DNA of 64,000 nt from Bacilli bacterium (GTDB taxonomy: Bacteria; Bacillota_I; Bacilli_A; RF39; UBA660): contig JAUVZX010000002.1 of assembly GCA_030602345.1 (NCBI GenBank), positions 71,049-135,048 of the forward strand, given 5' to 3'. Below the pieces are notes generated by a model. It was not told where the DNA came from. It did not search any database and saw only the letters and a program-made list of their open reading frames with translations. The position numbers and the translations under genes are program-made. This document shows, piece after piece, positions 50,530-61,030 of this stretch (positions within the stretch are counted from its first letter, which is position 1; each line of letters opens with the position of its first letter).

Positions 50530-51546
50530 ATGAAAAAATATATAAATAATAAAAAGAATTTAATTATTTCTCACATTGCAGATGCCGATGGAATTAGTTC
50601 TGCTTTAATTGGAAAAATGTATTTACCAGATTCAGATATTATTTTATTAGAAATTAACGAAATTAAAGAAGTTTTAATGGGATTGCAAAATAGCCATTAT
50701 GAAAAAATAATAATTGTAGACTTACCCCTTCGAAAAGACGTAAGAGATTTATTAGAAGGAAAAGAAGAATTGATTTCTAAAATAGCTCATTTTGATCATC
50801 ACACTTCTGATTTAGATGAAGTTTTACCTAGCTATATTAATATAGTTTATGAAAGAGAAGGTAAATTAGAGTGTGGAGCTACTTTGTTATATGATTATTT
50901 TGCTAAAGTAAATCCAGATCATCCTCTGAGCAATAGTGAATACATTAAGATGTGGTTAGAAGGTGTTAGAAGTTATGATACCGAGGGGCCTCCAACGTTG
51001 AATCCAATTGGAATGGGTATAACTAAGCAATTAGAGTTGCTAGGTATTGATGGATATATGTCTTTTTATGAAAAGGAAATTTATGCTAATCAAGAAACAA
51101 AAGTTTCACTACCGGAAAGTTATAAAACATTCTTTCCAGAAGAGCATATTGCAATCTTTAAAAAAGAAGATGAAATAATAAATGAATATATTGCTAAAGT
51201 TGAAGAAAACTTAGTTATTCTTCCATTCTTATATGAAGGTAAAGAATATAATGCAGGAGCTATTATATCTAATCAATATAGAAGTGTAGTAGGAAATAGA
51301 TTAGCAAAAAAATATGCTAATGAAGTAGATTTTATGCTTTTGATAGATTTTGACAGAAGACAATTTTCTTTTAGAGGAATAAGAGAAGACTTGCATTTAG
51401 GTAAATTAGCAAAAGCAATTCATCCTTTAGCGGGAGGTCAAGCAAAAGCTTGTGGGATGCCAATTGATGAGTTAACAATTGATATTGTTAAACAATATGT
51501 TGAACTATTTGAACTACAAAAACTTAACACTAAAAAAGTAAAATAG
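50530..51546 (+). CDS. DHH-family phosphoesterase (NrnA-like)
   Basis: ISHIADADGISSA (DHH motif I), DFDHHTSD (DHH) and a C-terminal AGGQAKACG (DHHA1-like). Confidence 0.55.
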   Translation: MKKYINNKKNLIISHIADADGISSALIGKMYLPDSDIILLEINEIKEVLMGLQNSHYEKIIIVDLPLRKDVRDLLEGKEELISKIAHFDHHTSDLDEVLPSYINIVYEREGKLECGATLLYDYFAKVNPDHPLSNSEYIKMWLEGVRSYDTEGPPTLNPIGMGITKQLELLGIDGYMSFYEKEIYANQETKVSLPESYKTFFPEEHIAIFKKEDEIINEYIAKVEENLVILPFLYEGKEYNAGAIISNQYRSVVGNRLAKKYANEVDFMLLIDFDRRQFSFRGIREDLHLGKLAKAIHPLAGGQAKACGMPIDELTIDIVKQYVELFELQKLNTKKVK

Positions 51547-51600
51547 TAATGATAACGATTCTTTCTGTGGTATAATTATACTATAGGGAGGATCGTTTTT

Positions 51601-52131
51601 ATGAAATTTAATATTCATGGAAAAAATATTGAAATTACAGATTCAATAGAAGCATACATAGAGGAAAAAGTAGGCAGACTACACAAATATTTTGGTCAAC
51701 CAGATGATATGGTGGCAAATATTTTGGTTAAAGTAAAAGGGCTTGACCAAAAAATTGAAGTCACGATTCCAACTAAGAATGTCATTTTAAGAGCTGAAGA
51801 AGTAGGTAAAGATTTATATGCAGCGATTGACTTAGTATCGGAAAAATTAGAAAGACAAATAAGAAAATCAAAAACAAAAATGCAAAAACATCGTCAAAAA
51901 GAAAGATATATGGATTTTTCAATGGATTATGATGTTAGTGACGAAGACAACAAAATAGTAAAAAGAAAATTATTAGATTTAGTTCCTATGAGCGAAGAAG
52001 AAGCTATCGTTCAAATGGAAATGTTAGGACATGATTTCTTTGTATTTAAAAATAGCGATTTAGAAGAAATATGCGTTTTATATAAGAGAAAAGATAATGA
52101 TTTTGGAATACTAATTGCAGAAGAGAACTAA
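51601..52131 (+). CDS. hpf: Ribosome hibernation promoting factor (long HPF)
   Basis: MKFNIHGKNIEITDSIEAYIEEKVGRLHKYF plus a C-terminal dimerisation domain; 176 aa. Confidence 0.85.
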   Translation: MKFNIHGKNIEITDSIEAYIEEKVGRLHKYFGQPDDMVANILVKVKGLDQKIEVTIPTKNVILRAEEVGKDLYAAIDLVSEKLERQIRKSKTKMQKHRQKERYMDFSMDYDVSDEDNKIVKRKLLDLVPMSEEEAIVQMEMLGHDFFVFKNSDLEEICVLYKRKDNDFGILIAEEN

Positions 52132-52204
52132 GTTCTCTTTTAAAATGACACTATTATTTTTCAATTATTTTTGATAAAATAGAAAATGACGAAAGAGGGA
52201 AAAC

Positions 52205-54694
52205 ATGAAATTAATAAAACAACTTTTTGATCATGAGTATAAAGAACTAGAACGATTTAAAAAAATAGCAGATCAAATAGAACTTTTAAGTGATGAAATG
52301 GAAAAGCTTTCAGATGAAGAATTGAAAGCGAAAACAGCAGAGTTTAGAAATAGACTTGCTGATGGAGCAACTTTAGATTCGATTTTAGTCGAAGCTTTTG
52401 CTGTGGTGAGAGAAGCGGCTTTCAGAGTAATTGGTGAAAAACCATTCTATGTTCAATTATTAGGTGGTCTTGCTATTCATTATGGAAATATAGCAGAAAT
52501 GAAAACAGGAGAAGGAAAAACTCTTACTTCTACATTACCCGCTTATGCTAATGCTTTAACAGGAGATGGAGTTCATATAATAACAGTTAACGAATATCTA
52601 GCTGGCCGTGATGCTGAATGGATGGGAAATATTTACCGTTTCTTAGGATTGACAGTTGGAGTAAACTATAGAGAACTTACACCCGAACAAAAACAAGAGG
52701 CATATAATTGTGATATTATGTACACCACAAACAACGAAGTTGGTTTTGACTATCTAAGAGACAACATGGTTGTTAACAAAGCTGAGAGAGTCATGAAGGG
52801 CCTTAATTTTGCTATTATCGATGAAGTTGACTCGGTTTTAATTGACGAGGCTAGAACGCCTCTAATTATTTCAGGTGGGGTTGTTAATTCAGCAAAATTA
52901 TATATGCAAGCAGATACATTTGTTAGAACTTTAAAAGAAGATAACGGATATATATATGATGAAAAAACAAAAGCTGTTAGTCTTGATGAAGTCGGAATAG
53001 CAAAAGCTGAAAAAGCTTTTGGTGTAGATAATTTATATGATATAAATAACACCAATTTAGTCCACTTTATAAATCAAGCCTTAAAAGCAAACTTTTCAAT
53101 GAAAAAAGATGTAGATTATGTAGTAGATGAAGGTAAAATATTAATTGTAGACCCATTTACGGGAAGATTAATGGTGGGAAGAAATTTCTCTGATGGACTT
53201 CATCAAGCTATTGAAGCCAAAGAAAGAGTTGAAATTCAAGAAGAAACCAAAACTCTAGCAACTATAACATTCCAAAATTTATTCAGAATGTATAAAAAAT
53301 TATCTGGTATGACCGGAACTGCCAAAACAGAAGAAGAAGAATTTAGATCAATATATAATATGTATGTCATTTGTATTCCCACAAATAAACCAGTTATAAG
53401 AGAAGACTTCGGAGATTTAATTTTTGCTACTGCCGATGGTAAATTTAGGGCAATAGTAAAAGAAATTAAAGAAAGATATGAAAAAGGACAGCCAGTATTA
53501 GTTGGTACAGTTGCGGTTGAAACGAGTGAATTAATTAGTGAATTACTTCACAAAGAAAAAGTTCCTCATGAAGTCTTAAATGCTAAAAATCATGTTCGTG
53601 AAGCTGAAATAATCGCCAAAGCCGGACATAAAAACTCAGTTACGATAGCAACGAATATGGCTGGACGTGGAACCGATATCAAATTAACTCAAGAAACTAA
53701 AGAGCTCGGGGGATTATGTGTAATTGGTACTGAAAGGCACGAATCACGAAGAATCGATAATCAGTTAAGAGGTAGAGCGGGTCGTCAAGGAGATCCAGGA
53801 TTTTCACAATTCTGCGTTTCATTCGAAGATGAATTGATGGTTAGATTCGGAACAGATCGCGGTAAAGACTTACTTAAAAAAGTTGGCTTTGATGGTGATA
53901 TGTCAATCCGTACAGGAATGATGTCTAAATCAATTGAATCTGCGCAAAAAAGAGTTGAAGGAAACAACTTCGATATTCGTAAGCAATTATTACAATATGA
54001 TGATGTTGTCAATCAACAAAGACTTCAAATATATGAAAAAAGAAATGAAATTTTAGATAAAGAATCTATTCATGATGAAGTTTTAAATAATATATATAAT
54101 TATGTAGCAGGACTAATCGATAGTCATATTGCTCCAGAAGGATTTTTAACTGAATTAGATAAAAAAGAAATTTTAGAAGCGGTTAATTATATTGTTTCTA
54201 AAAAAATAAATATTACTGATGTTTTAGAATTGGATGAAGAAGCAACAATTGATTATATTTACGAAAAAGTAATAAGCGAATATGAAGAAAAAATTTCTCA
54301 ATTACCAGAAGAAGTAATAAATGAGTTTGAAAAAGCAATTTCTCTAAGAGTTATTGATACTTATTGGATGGAAAATATTAATACAATGGCTAATTTAAGA
54401 GAAGGAATTCACTTAAGAGGATACGCGCAAGAAGATCCTCTAAGAGCTTATACTCAAGAAGGATTCGAATTATTTAATGAATTATTACATACAATTGATA
54501 AAGAAATAACTTCATACTTATTAAGAGCTGAAATAAGACAAAACACTGAAAGAAAACAAGTTATAAAAGGTGAAGCAGCTCAAGATATGTCAAAAGTAAA
54601 AAAACAAACACCAAAACAAGTGGAAAAAATAGGAAGAAACGATCCTTGTCCATGTGGAAGTGGAAAAAAATATAAACAATGTCATGGTAAATAA
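52205..54694 (+). CDS. secA: Preprotein translocase ATPase SecA
   Basis: MKTGEGKTLTSTLPAYANAL, DEVDSVLIDEARTPLIISG, and the C-terminal Zn finger CPCGSGKKYKQCHG. Confidence 0.95.
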   Translation: MKLIKQLFDHEYKELERFKKIADQIELLSDEMEKLSDEELKAKTAEFRNRLADGATLDSILVEAFAVVREAAFRVIGEKPFYVQLLGGLAIHYGNIAEMKTGEGKTLTSTLPAYANALTGDGVHIITVNEYLAGRDAEWMGNIYRFLGLTVGVNYRELTPEQKQEAYNCDIMYTTNNEVGFDYLRDNMVVNKAERVMKGLNFAIIDEVDSVLIDEARTPLIISGGVVNSAKLYMQADTFVRTLKEDNGYIYDEKTKAVSLDEVGIAKAEKAFGVDNLYDINNTNLVHFINQALKANFSMKKDVDYVVDEGKILIVDPFTGRLMVGRNFSDGLHQAIEAKERVEIQEETKTLATITFQNLFRMYKKLSGMTGTAKTEEEEFRSIYNMYVICIPTNKPVIREDFGDLIFATADGKFRAIVKEIKERYEKGQPVLVGTVAVETSELISELLHKEKVPHEVLNAKNHVREAEIIAKAGHKNSVTIATNMAGRGTDIKLTQETKELGGLCVIGTERHESRRIDNQLRGRAGRQGDPGFSQFCVSFEDELMVRFGTDRGKDLLKKVGFDGDMSIRTGMMSKSIESAQKRVEGNNFDIRKQLLQYDDVVNQQRLQIYEKRNEILDKESIHDEVLNNIYNYVAGLIDSHIAPEGFLTELDKKEILEAVNYIVSKKINITDVLELDEEATIDYIYEKVISEYEEKISQLPEEVINEFEKAISLRVIDTYWMENINTMANLREGIHLRGYAQEDPLRAYTQEGFELFNELLHTIDKEITSYLLRAEIRQNTERKQVIKGEAAQDMSKVKKQTPKQVEKIGRNDPCPCGSGKKYKQCHGK

Positions 54695-54906
54695 ACAATC
54701 AAAAGAGGTTTGAATAAGGGTTAATCTTAAGCTTACCTTTTTTAGTGTTATAATATATTTGGTATGGGAGAAATTATGAACAAATTACCACAAATAAAAT
54801 TCAGAGTTATGACTTTGAAATAAATTAATAAGGGTTTTGATTATATTAAAAATTATTTTAATAAATAGTTTTCCAAAATGATATAATAATATATAGAGGT
54901 AATACT

Positions 54907-56361
54907 ATGAATAACTTAAAATTAGATGCAGATATTTTTGGTGGATATTTTAGTTCAGAGCAAATAGATATGCTATCTATTATTCAATGCAAAAATTTTA
55001 ATGATTTAGTAACTTTTATTAAATACTGTGACCAAATAAATAGGGTTCCAGATATATATGAGAATTTAGATAGTATTGATTTGGAAACTGCAAAAAGAAT
55101 GGTATTTAAAAAATATCAAGACACATTAGTATCCCACGACTCTACAAAAGATGAGTCCGCATTGAATAAATTTAAATATTTGGGAATAGTGGCATCAGAT
55201 TTAGAATCTATAATTGATAGAAAACATCCATATTCGGAAGAAATTGTAACTTTGAACCATCATTTTGTATCAAGAGAAAGAGATCAGTTAAAAAATGAAA
55301 ATTTATATGATGAAATGGTTTTTTTGGAGAGTCAACTAGATAATTTCAATAGTATAGTTGTTGGTTCTGGAAAGATATACACGATAGTTAACAAGTTTTT
55401 TAGAAACAAAGAACTAGAAAAAAGATATGATTTTTATCATGTGAAAAGAGATTTGGCTTTTGCACTTAGAAACAGGAAGCAAGTTAGGTTTCATTCTTTG
55501 CTCGTAAGAGAGGATCCGAACAATCTATTTGAAGGAAAAAATAAAAATCAAATTTTAGAAATAATTAGTGAATATGTAAAAAATACAATAAACTTTATTA
55601 GTGAATATAATAAAAATAATAAGATTATTGTAAACGGAAAAGAAGAACCGCAAATATATGCAATTGATTTATTCAATGAAATAATTAGTTTTGATAAGGA
55701 TAAAGATGGCGACTATAATAATATTTGGGTGAAAAAATATGGTATATCTTTAAAGGAAATAATCGAAACATTTGAGTACGCCAAAACTAATAAACCTGAA
55801 GGGGTCAAATATTTGTATAACGAACCATTTTTAGAAAATGGTGACAGAAGAAAAAAAGTATTGGAAACAATTAGTGAAATTGAAGTGCTATCTCCTGGAC
55901 TAATTGATACATTAGGTAGCCAAATGCATATAACGATTAGAGAAGATTTAAATAACATAAAAAATTGCTATGAAGATTTCAAAGCATTTCAAGATAGCAC
56001 TGGAAAGAATGTTGAAATTACAGAATTTGATATGTCATTATGCAAAAATGATATTGAGCGAGTTTTTGGTGAAAAACCGGATGTTCAGCCTAGTCAAGTT
56101 TACGATATTAAAAAAGAAAAAATAAATGAAATATCTCAAATAATAAATAACTCTGGCGTTAAATTATCGGGAGTTTCGTATTGGGCTTTAACGGATGGGA
56201 TAGATTTTAATTTAGAAAGAATTAGAAGTGATTTTTTGAAAGAGGAAAAAATAAAAAATTCCACAGAGATTCCATCAGCCTTCGGTGGTTTATTTTCTAC
56301 ACATCAAAATAAATTGGTTTCTCAAAAAGAAAACATAATCAAACAAGAACAGCATCTATAA
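54907..56361 (+). CDS. Hypothetical protein (weak GH-A/GH10-like motifs)
   Basis: 484 aa. VEITEFDMS resembles the GH10 ITELD nucleophile block and GVSYWALTDG the GH10 C-terminal block, but the acid/base NEP motif is not conserved (REDP). Treat as uncertain. Confidence 0.3.
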   Translation: MNNLKLDADIFGGYFSSEQIDMLSIIQCKNFNDLVTFIKYCDQINRVPDIYENLDSIDLETAKRMVFKKYQDTLVSHDSTKDESALNKFKYLGIVASDLESIIDRKHPYSEEIVTLNHHFVSRERDQLKNENLYDEMVFLESQLDNFNSIVVGSGKIYTIVNKFFRNKELEKRYDFYHVKRDLAFALRNRKQVRFHSLLVREDPNNLFEGKNKNQILEIISEYVKNTINFISEYNKNNKIIVNGKEEPQIYAIDLFNEIISFDKDKDGDYNNIWVKKYGISLKEIIETFEYAKTNKPEGVKYLYNEPFLENGDRRKKVLETISEIEVLSPGLIDTLGSQMHITIREDLNNIKNCYEDFKAFQDSTGKNVEITEFDMSLCKNDIERVFGEKPDVQPSQVYDIKKEKINEISQIINNSGVKLSGVSYWALTDGIDFNLERIRSDFLKEEKIKNSTEIPSAFGGLFSTHQNKLVSQKENIIKQEQHL

Positions 56362-56449
56362 AAAGTGATTTAATCACTTTTTGTTTATACTTTTTATTAT
56401 TAGTTTATGCTATAATAATTATACGGACAAAAATTAAAAAGGAGTAAAA

Positions 56450-57319
56450 ATGAAACAAAAAAAAGAGTTTATTTCAAAGGAGCCAAATGATAAAGAAAGA
56501 AAAAATTTGCTTTATGCACTTGGTTTAGGTTTAGGGTTTTTCATATTAATGATATTGCTTAGTTCAATGTCTGCTAATGAAGAAAAAAGAATTATAAGCA
56601 ATTATGAGAAGGCATTTGCAAATACAGAAAGAAATATAGTCTATATTGGTAGAGATACTTGTATATACTGCCAATATTTAAATCCTATTTTAAAAGATTT
56701 TAAAAAAGATTTCGGAGCAGAATACGTTTATATTGATTTCGAAAAGATAAGTTCTAAAGTTTTTGAAGAAATTATGGAAGATTTAGATATCGATCCTGAA
56801 ACATTTGGGACGCCTTACATAGTTGCACTTGAGAATGGTGAAGTAAAAGAAAGATTAATTGGTTTTAACGGAGAACAGAGAACATTTGAATTTTTTCAAA
56901 GGCATAATCAAATATCTTCTGAATTATCACCGGTTATTAACTATATAAAAGCAGATGAATTTGTAGATTTATTAAATCAAAGTGAAATGGAAGTTGTAGT
57001 AGTTGGAGCAACAACGTGCAGTTTCTGTGCGCAAGTAAGACCGACTCTAGTAAATTTATCAAAAAAACATAATTTGACAATAAATTACTATAATATTAAT
57101 ATTGTAGATGGAGATGACTTTCAAAAGGCAATTGAAGCCTCACTTAGTCTTATAAATGGTAGTATTGAAGAAATATTAACTTCAGACGAAACTAAAATTG
57201 AGAAATTTGGTACACCAACAATGTTCTTGGTAAAAGATAGAAAAGTTATTGCTCATTTAAGTGGAGCGTTAAGTTTGTCAGAGTTTGAAAGCTTCTTAGA
57301 AAAAAATGGAGTATTATAG
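56450..57319 (+). CDS. Membrane-anchored tandem thioredoxin-like protein
   Basis: N-terminal TM segment and two CxxC motifs (CIYCQ, CSFCAQ) in thioredoxin-like contexts. Confidence 0.5.
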   Translation: MKQKKEFISKEPNDKERKNLLYALGLGLGFFILMILLSSMSANEEKRIISNYEKAFANTERNIVYIGRDTCIYCQYLNPILKDFKKDFGAEYVYIDFEKISSKVFEEIMEDLDIDPETFGTPYIVALENGEVKERLIGFNGEQRTFEFFQRHNQISSELSPVINYIKADEFVDLLNQSEMEVVVVGATTCSFCAQVRPTLVNLSKKHNLTINYYNINIVDGDDFQKAIEASLSLINGSIEEILTSDETKIEKFGTPTMFLVKDRKVIAHLSGALSLSEFESFLEKNGVL

Positions 57320-57772
57320 ATGAAAAAAATTAACATATATGCGGCCCTTAGTACCTTTATGCATAAATATCCTATGACTGTTGCTTGGAGAGTTAAAGCG
57401 CATGCTAAAATTATCGAAAAGCATTTAAATCCAGGGGAAGAAGTATTATACGCTTTTGCAGGACAAAAAGGACCTGAATTTTATGAATTGTTTTATACAG
57501 GAGTTATTGTACTAACTAATAAGAGAATTTTAGTCGCAACAAAAAGATTTGTGTGGGGATATTTTTTCACATCGATTACACCTGATATGTTTAACGATTT
57601 TAAAGTTAAAGTTGGACTTATTTGGACTAGAGTATATATCGATACTATAAATGAAGAAATAATCATTTCAAATGTTGATAAAGCTGCTGCTAATGAATTA
57701 GAAACAGCTGTTACTGAACAAATGATGAAATTAAGCAAAGAATATGGTATAACAAAAAAAAGAGGTAGATAA
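57320..57772 (+). CDS. Hypothetical protein (possible bacterial PH-like domain)
   Basis: 150 aa; start overlaps the upstream stop (TAGATG). Confidence 0.3.
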   Translation: MKKINIYAALSTFMHKYPMTVAWRVKAHAKIIEKHLNPGEEVLYAFAGQKGPEFYELFYTGVIVLTNKRILVATKRFVWGYFFTSITPDMFNDFKVKVGLIWTRVYIDTINEEIIISNVDKAAANELETAVTEQMMKLSKEYGITKKRGR

Positions 57773-57834
57773 CCTCTTTTTCTTTTGATTGAAAAAATAT
57801 CATAAATTCTATATAATTATTATAGTGAGGTAGT

Positions 57835-59112
57835 ATGAAGAGATTATTTTCAACTTTGGTTATTTTATTTTTAATTTACTATGCGATTGAAATATTTTTT
57901 AATTTATTTGGCGTGGGACATTCATTAAACTATATTATATATAAAAACGATATGAACATTACGGTAGAAGAAGAATACGTTGCTAGGCAAAAGAATGAAA
58001 CTAATTCATATAATATAAAAATAAACTATGATGGTAGTGATTTTTATTTTAATGTTTTTAAAAATATGTATGGTGCAAGGAAAATTGTTAAAGATGTAAT
58101 AGTTTATTCTGATGCTCAATACAAATGCGTTTTCCCGATTTTTACTAATAATTCAATTTTATCAGATGTTCTTTGTTTAAAGGGAAACACATATTATCAT
58201 GCAAATTCTATTAATTCTAAAGAAGTGGCGTCATTTATTGATGGTTTAGAAAGCAAGGGTTATGATAAGACTCAATTCGTGGACGATAAGTCTAATACAA
58301 CTGTGAATGGAGTATTGACGGTATTTGAAAATAATCTAGTAGATAATCATTTTATTTCAATGAATCATTATCGAGGAATATTTACAATAAATAAGAGCAA
58401 CTTAAAAACAGTTTATGTTGCCAGAATGTTTTTGACAGATATATATAGAAGAGACATAAGTGTTCTTGTAAATAATTTTTATGTAACTGCTAATTATGAT
58501 CAAAAATTTGCTTTTGATAAATTTTTAGTGGTAGATATAACAAATAATAGATCTTTTGAAATAAGAACATCAGGATTTTTAATCGATTTTGATTCATACA
58601 TTCAAGGTGTTGTAGGAGATTCACTTTATCTATTTGATAAACAAAGTAGAAAACAATATGAAATTGATGTTAAAAAGAAAACTGTAGTTGAAGTTGGTAA
58701 TTCTGATATAGGTATTAGAATATATAAAAATGAAGTATTTGAAAGAGTACCTGCGGTAGACGTTTTAAAAAACTTACCTTTATTTGACGGAGATGTGACA
58801 TCAACGTTCAAGACTAATGGTTACGAAAGAATAGATACTATTATCGGAGAAAAAACAGGATATATATATTATTTTAAAAAAGTTAATAATGAATTCGAGG
58901 TTTATAGAGCTCCAAAAATTGATAAGGATGCAAAAACATACATATTTAAAACAAACAAAATAGATAATATAAAATATATAGACGGATTTATCTATTATAC
59001 TTCTGGAATAGAAGTAAAACATTATAGTGATTTATTGGGAGAAAGAACTATTGCTAGAAACACAGAGTTTGATTTTAATAGTAGTTTATATTTTAATGCA
59101 TATAGAAAATAG
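57835..59112 (+). CDS. Hypothetical membrane-anchored protein
   Basis: 425 aa with an N-terminal TM helix; no motif. Confidence 0.3.
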   Translation: MKRLFSTLVILFLIYYAIEIFFNLFGVGHSLNYIIYKNDMNITVEEEYVARQKNETNSYNIKINYDGSDFYFNVFKNMYGARKIVKDVIVYSDAQYKCVFPIFTNNSILSDVLCLKGNTYYHANSINSKEVASFIDGLESKGYDKTQFVDDKSNTTVNGVLTVFENNLVDNHFISMNHYRGIFTINKSNLKTVYVARMFLTDIYRRDISVLVNNFYVTANYDQKFAFDKFLVVDITNNRSFEIRTSGFLIDFDSYIQGVVGDSLYLFDKQSRKQYEIDVKKKTVVEVGNSDIGIRIYKNEVFERVPAVDVLKNLPLFDGDVTSTFKTNGYERIDTIIGEKTGYIYYFKKVNNEFEVYRAPKIDKDAKTYIFKTNKIDNIKYIDGFIYYTSGIEVKHYSDLLGERTIARNTEFDFNSSLYFNAYRK

Positions 59113-59120
59113 AGGTAAAC

Positions 59121-60095
59121 ATGGATATAGAAATAATTGAAGTAACTAAAGAACCCGATATAGTAGAATTGTTTGGTGAAGATCTTACTTCTAAAAAATA
59201 TATAACTAATCCAGCGATTGCTAGAGAAGGAGAAATTAAAAAGGTTTTATTGACTTTATTAACTCCTGAAAAATCGGCAATTCTCGTGGGTAAACCAGGT
59301 ATCGGTAAAACAGCTATAGTTGAAGGAATAGCATATTTAATTCAAAAAAATGAAGTTCCAAAAGTATTGCAAGGATTCAAAGTAATTAAATTTAACTCTT
59401 CTTCGTTATCTGGAGTAATTAGTCTGGAAAATAGAGAAGAAGCCGTTATATCTCTTTTGATTAAACAATTAAAAGAAAAAGAGAAGATAATTATTTTTAT
59501 TGATGAAATCCATACTTTAATCGGAAATAATAATTCCCTAGATTTAGCAAATATTTTAAAGCCTGCTTTAGATAGGGGAGATGTTAAGGCAATAGGAGCG
59601 ACAACTACTCTTGAGTATGATAAATATATAATCAGAGATAGAGCTTTCTTACGAAGATTTGAAAAAGTAGATGTGTTAGAGCCTAGCCGTGATACTACGG
59701 TTGATATTTTAGTCGGCTCACTTCCGAGAATTGAAAAAAATACGGGAATAAAATTTAAATATAATCACTATGTTTCTAAACAGATAATTGAGAGTATTGT
59801 TGATGCAACATCTGAATATAAAAGAATTTATGGACTTGCTGCCATGTATCCTGACGTATCCTTTTCAGTATTGACACAAGCGTTTTCACAAGCTTTATTT
59901 GATAATAGAGAAGAAGTTACCGTTAAGGACGTATATAATGCTATCAAAGGAAGCAAGCGTATATATCCTGATAGTATAATTAAAGAGCTTGATGCCTTTA
60001 AAAACAAGTTTCAAGATATCATAGAAGAAGAGAAAATACAGTTAGATACTGTTACAATTGAGGAACTGAAAAAAGAAAATGAAGGACTGTACTAA
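59121..60095 (+). CDS. Stand-alone Clp-type AAA+ ATPase (ClpA/B D1-like domain)
   Basis: LVGKPGIGKTAIVEGIA (Walker A), IIFIDEIHTLIG (Walker B), ALDRGDVKAIGATT..EY..I..D.AFLRRF (sensor / Arg finger) mirror the ClpA/B D1 domain. There is no second AAA domain. Confidence 0.55.
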   Translation: MDIEIIEVTKEPDIVELFGEDLTSKKYITNPAIAREGEIKKVLLTLLTPEKSAILVGKPGIGKTAIVEGIAYLIQKNEVPKVLQGFKVIKFNSSSLSGVISLENREEAVISLLIKQLKEKEKIIIFIDEIHTLIGNNNSLDLANILKPALDRGDVKAIGATTTLEYDKYIIRDRAFLRRFEKVDVLEPSRDTTVDILVGSLPRIEKNTGIKFKYNHYVSKQIIESIVDATSEYKRIYGLAAMYPDVSFSVLTQAFSQALFDNREEVTVKDVYNAIKGSKRIYPDSIIKELDAFKNKFQDIIEEEKIQLDTVTIEELKKENEGLY

Positions 60096-60104
60096 GGTGA
60101 TAAT

Positions 60105-60524
60105 ATGAAAAATAAAATTATATATGGATTAATTATCTTTGCAACCTATTTTTTATTATTTTCTTTTATTACTATTTATAGAGAATATAAAAATAATAGT
60201 GAAGTTAAATTTTTGCGAGAAAAAATTAGCGAGATATATTATGAAGATCTAGATAATTTTCTTTTAGAAAATCCAGATGTATATATTTATATAGTTGAAC
60301 TTGAAAATCAGAATGCAGAATTTAATTCCGATGTTATAGAATTAGTAGAAAAGAACGTTTTAGAAGAGCAAATAGTTTTATTGATTTTAAATAAAGAAGA
60401 ACAAAAAACATTTGAAAAAAAATATGATTTAATTTTAGAAATTCCAACAGTAATATTTTTTGAAAATGGCAACTATATACAAACTATGGGTGATTTAAAA
60501 CTTATGAGTATAGAAAATGATTAA
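60105..60524 (+). CDS. Hypothetical membrane-anchored protein
   Basis: 139 aa with an N-terminal TM segment; GGTGAT-type Shine-Dalgarno. Confidence 0.3.
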   Translation: MKNKIIYGLIIFATYFLLFSFITIYREYKNNSEVKFLREKISEIYYEDLDNFLLENPDVYIYIVELENQNAEFNSDVIELVEKNVLEEQIVLLILNKEEQKTFEKKYDLILEIPTVIFFENGNYIQTMGDLKLMSIEND

Positions 60525-61020
60525 TGTAGTTTTGTTTGAGCCTGAGATAGCGGGTAATGTAGGTAATATTATGAGAACGTGTGCAGCTTCAGGAGTAAGG
60601 TTACATTTGATCGAGCCGTTTGGTTTTTTATGGAATGATAAATTGATAAAAAGAACTGGAGCAAATCACATAGATGATTGTGAGCACTTTGTTTATGAAG
60701 ATTTAGATGATTTTTTTTCTAAAAACAGTGGTAAATACTATTTTATAACTAGATATGGAAAAAAAGCCCATTCATCTTTTGACTATTCTTTGGAAGAAAA
60801 TATATATTTCTTCTTCGGAAAGGAAAGTACGGGTTTGCCAAAAGAGTTATTAGCAGCAAATCTTGATAATTGTCTAAGAATACCAATGAAGGAAAATATA
60901 AGATCTTTAAATGTATCAAATACAGTTGCAATAATTGTATATGAAGCATTAAGGCAAAATGATTATAAAGGATTATCATTAAAAGAAGTCATAAAAGGAG
61001 AAGACTATTTAAGTCAATAA
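60517..61020 (+). CDS. trmL: tRNA (cytidine/uridine-2'-O-)-methyltransferase TrmL (SpoU family)
   Basis: MINVVLFEPEIAGNVGNIMRTCAASGVRLHLIEPFGF is the SPOUT TrmL N-terminus. Confidence 0.8.
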   Translation: MINVVLFEPEIAGNVGNIMRTCAASGVRLHLIEPFGFLWNDKLIKRTGANHIDDCEHFVYEDLDDFFSKNSGKYYFITRYGKKAHSSFDYSLEENIYFFFGKESTGLPKELLAANLDNCLRIPMKENIRSLNVSNTVAIIVYEALRQNDYKGLSLKEVIKGEDYLSQ

Positions 61021-61030
61021 GGAGAAAAAA

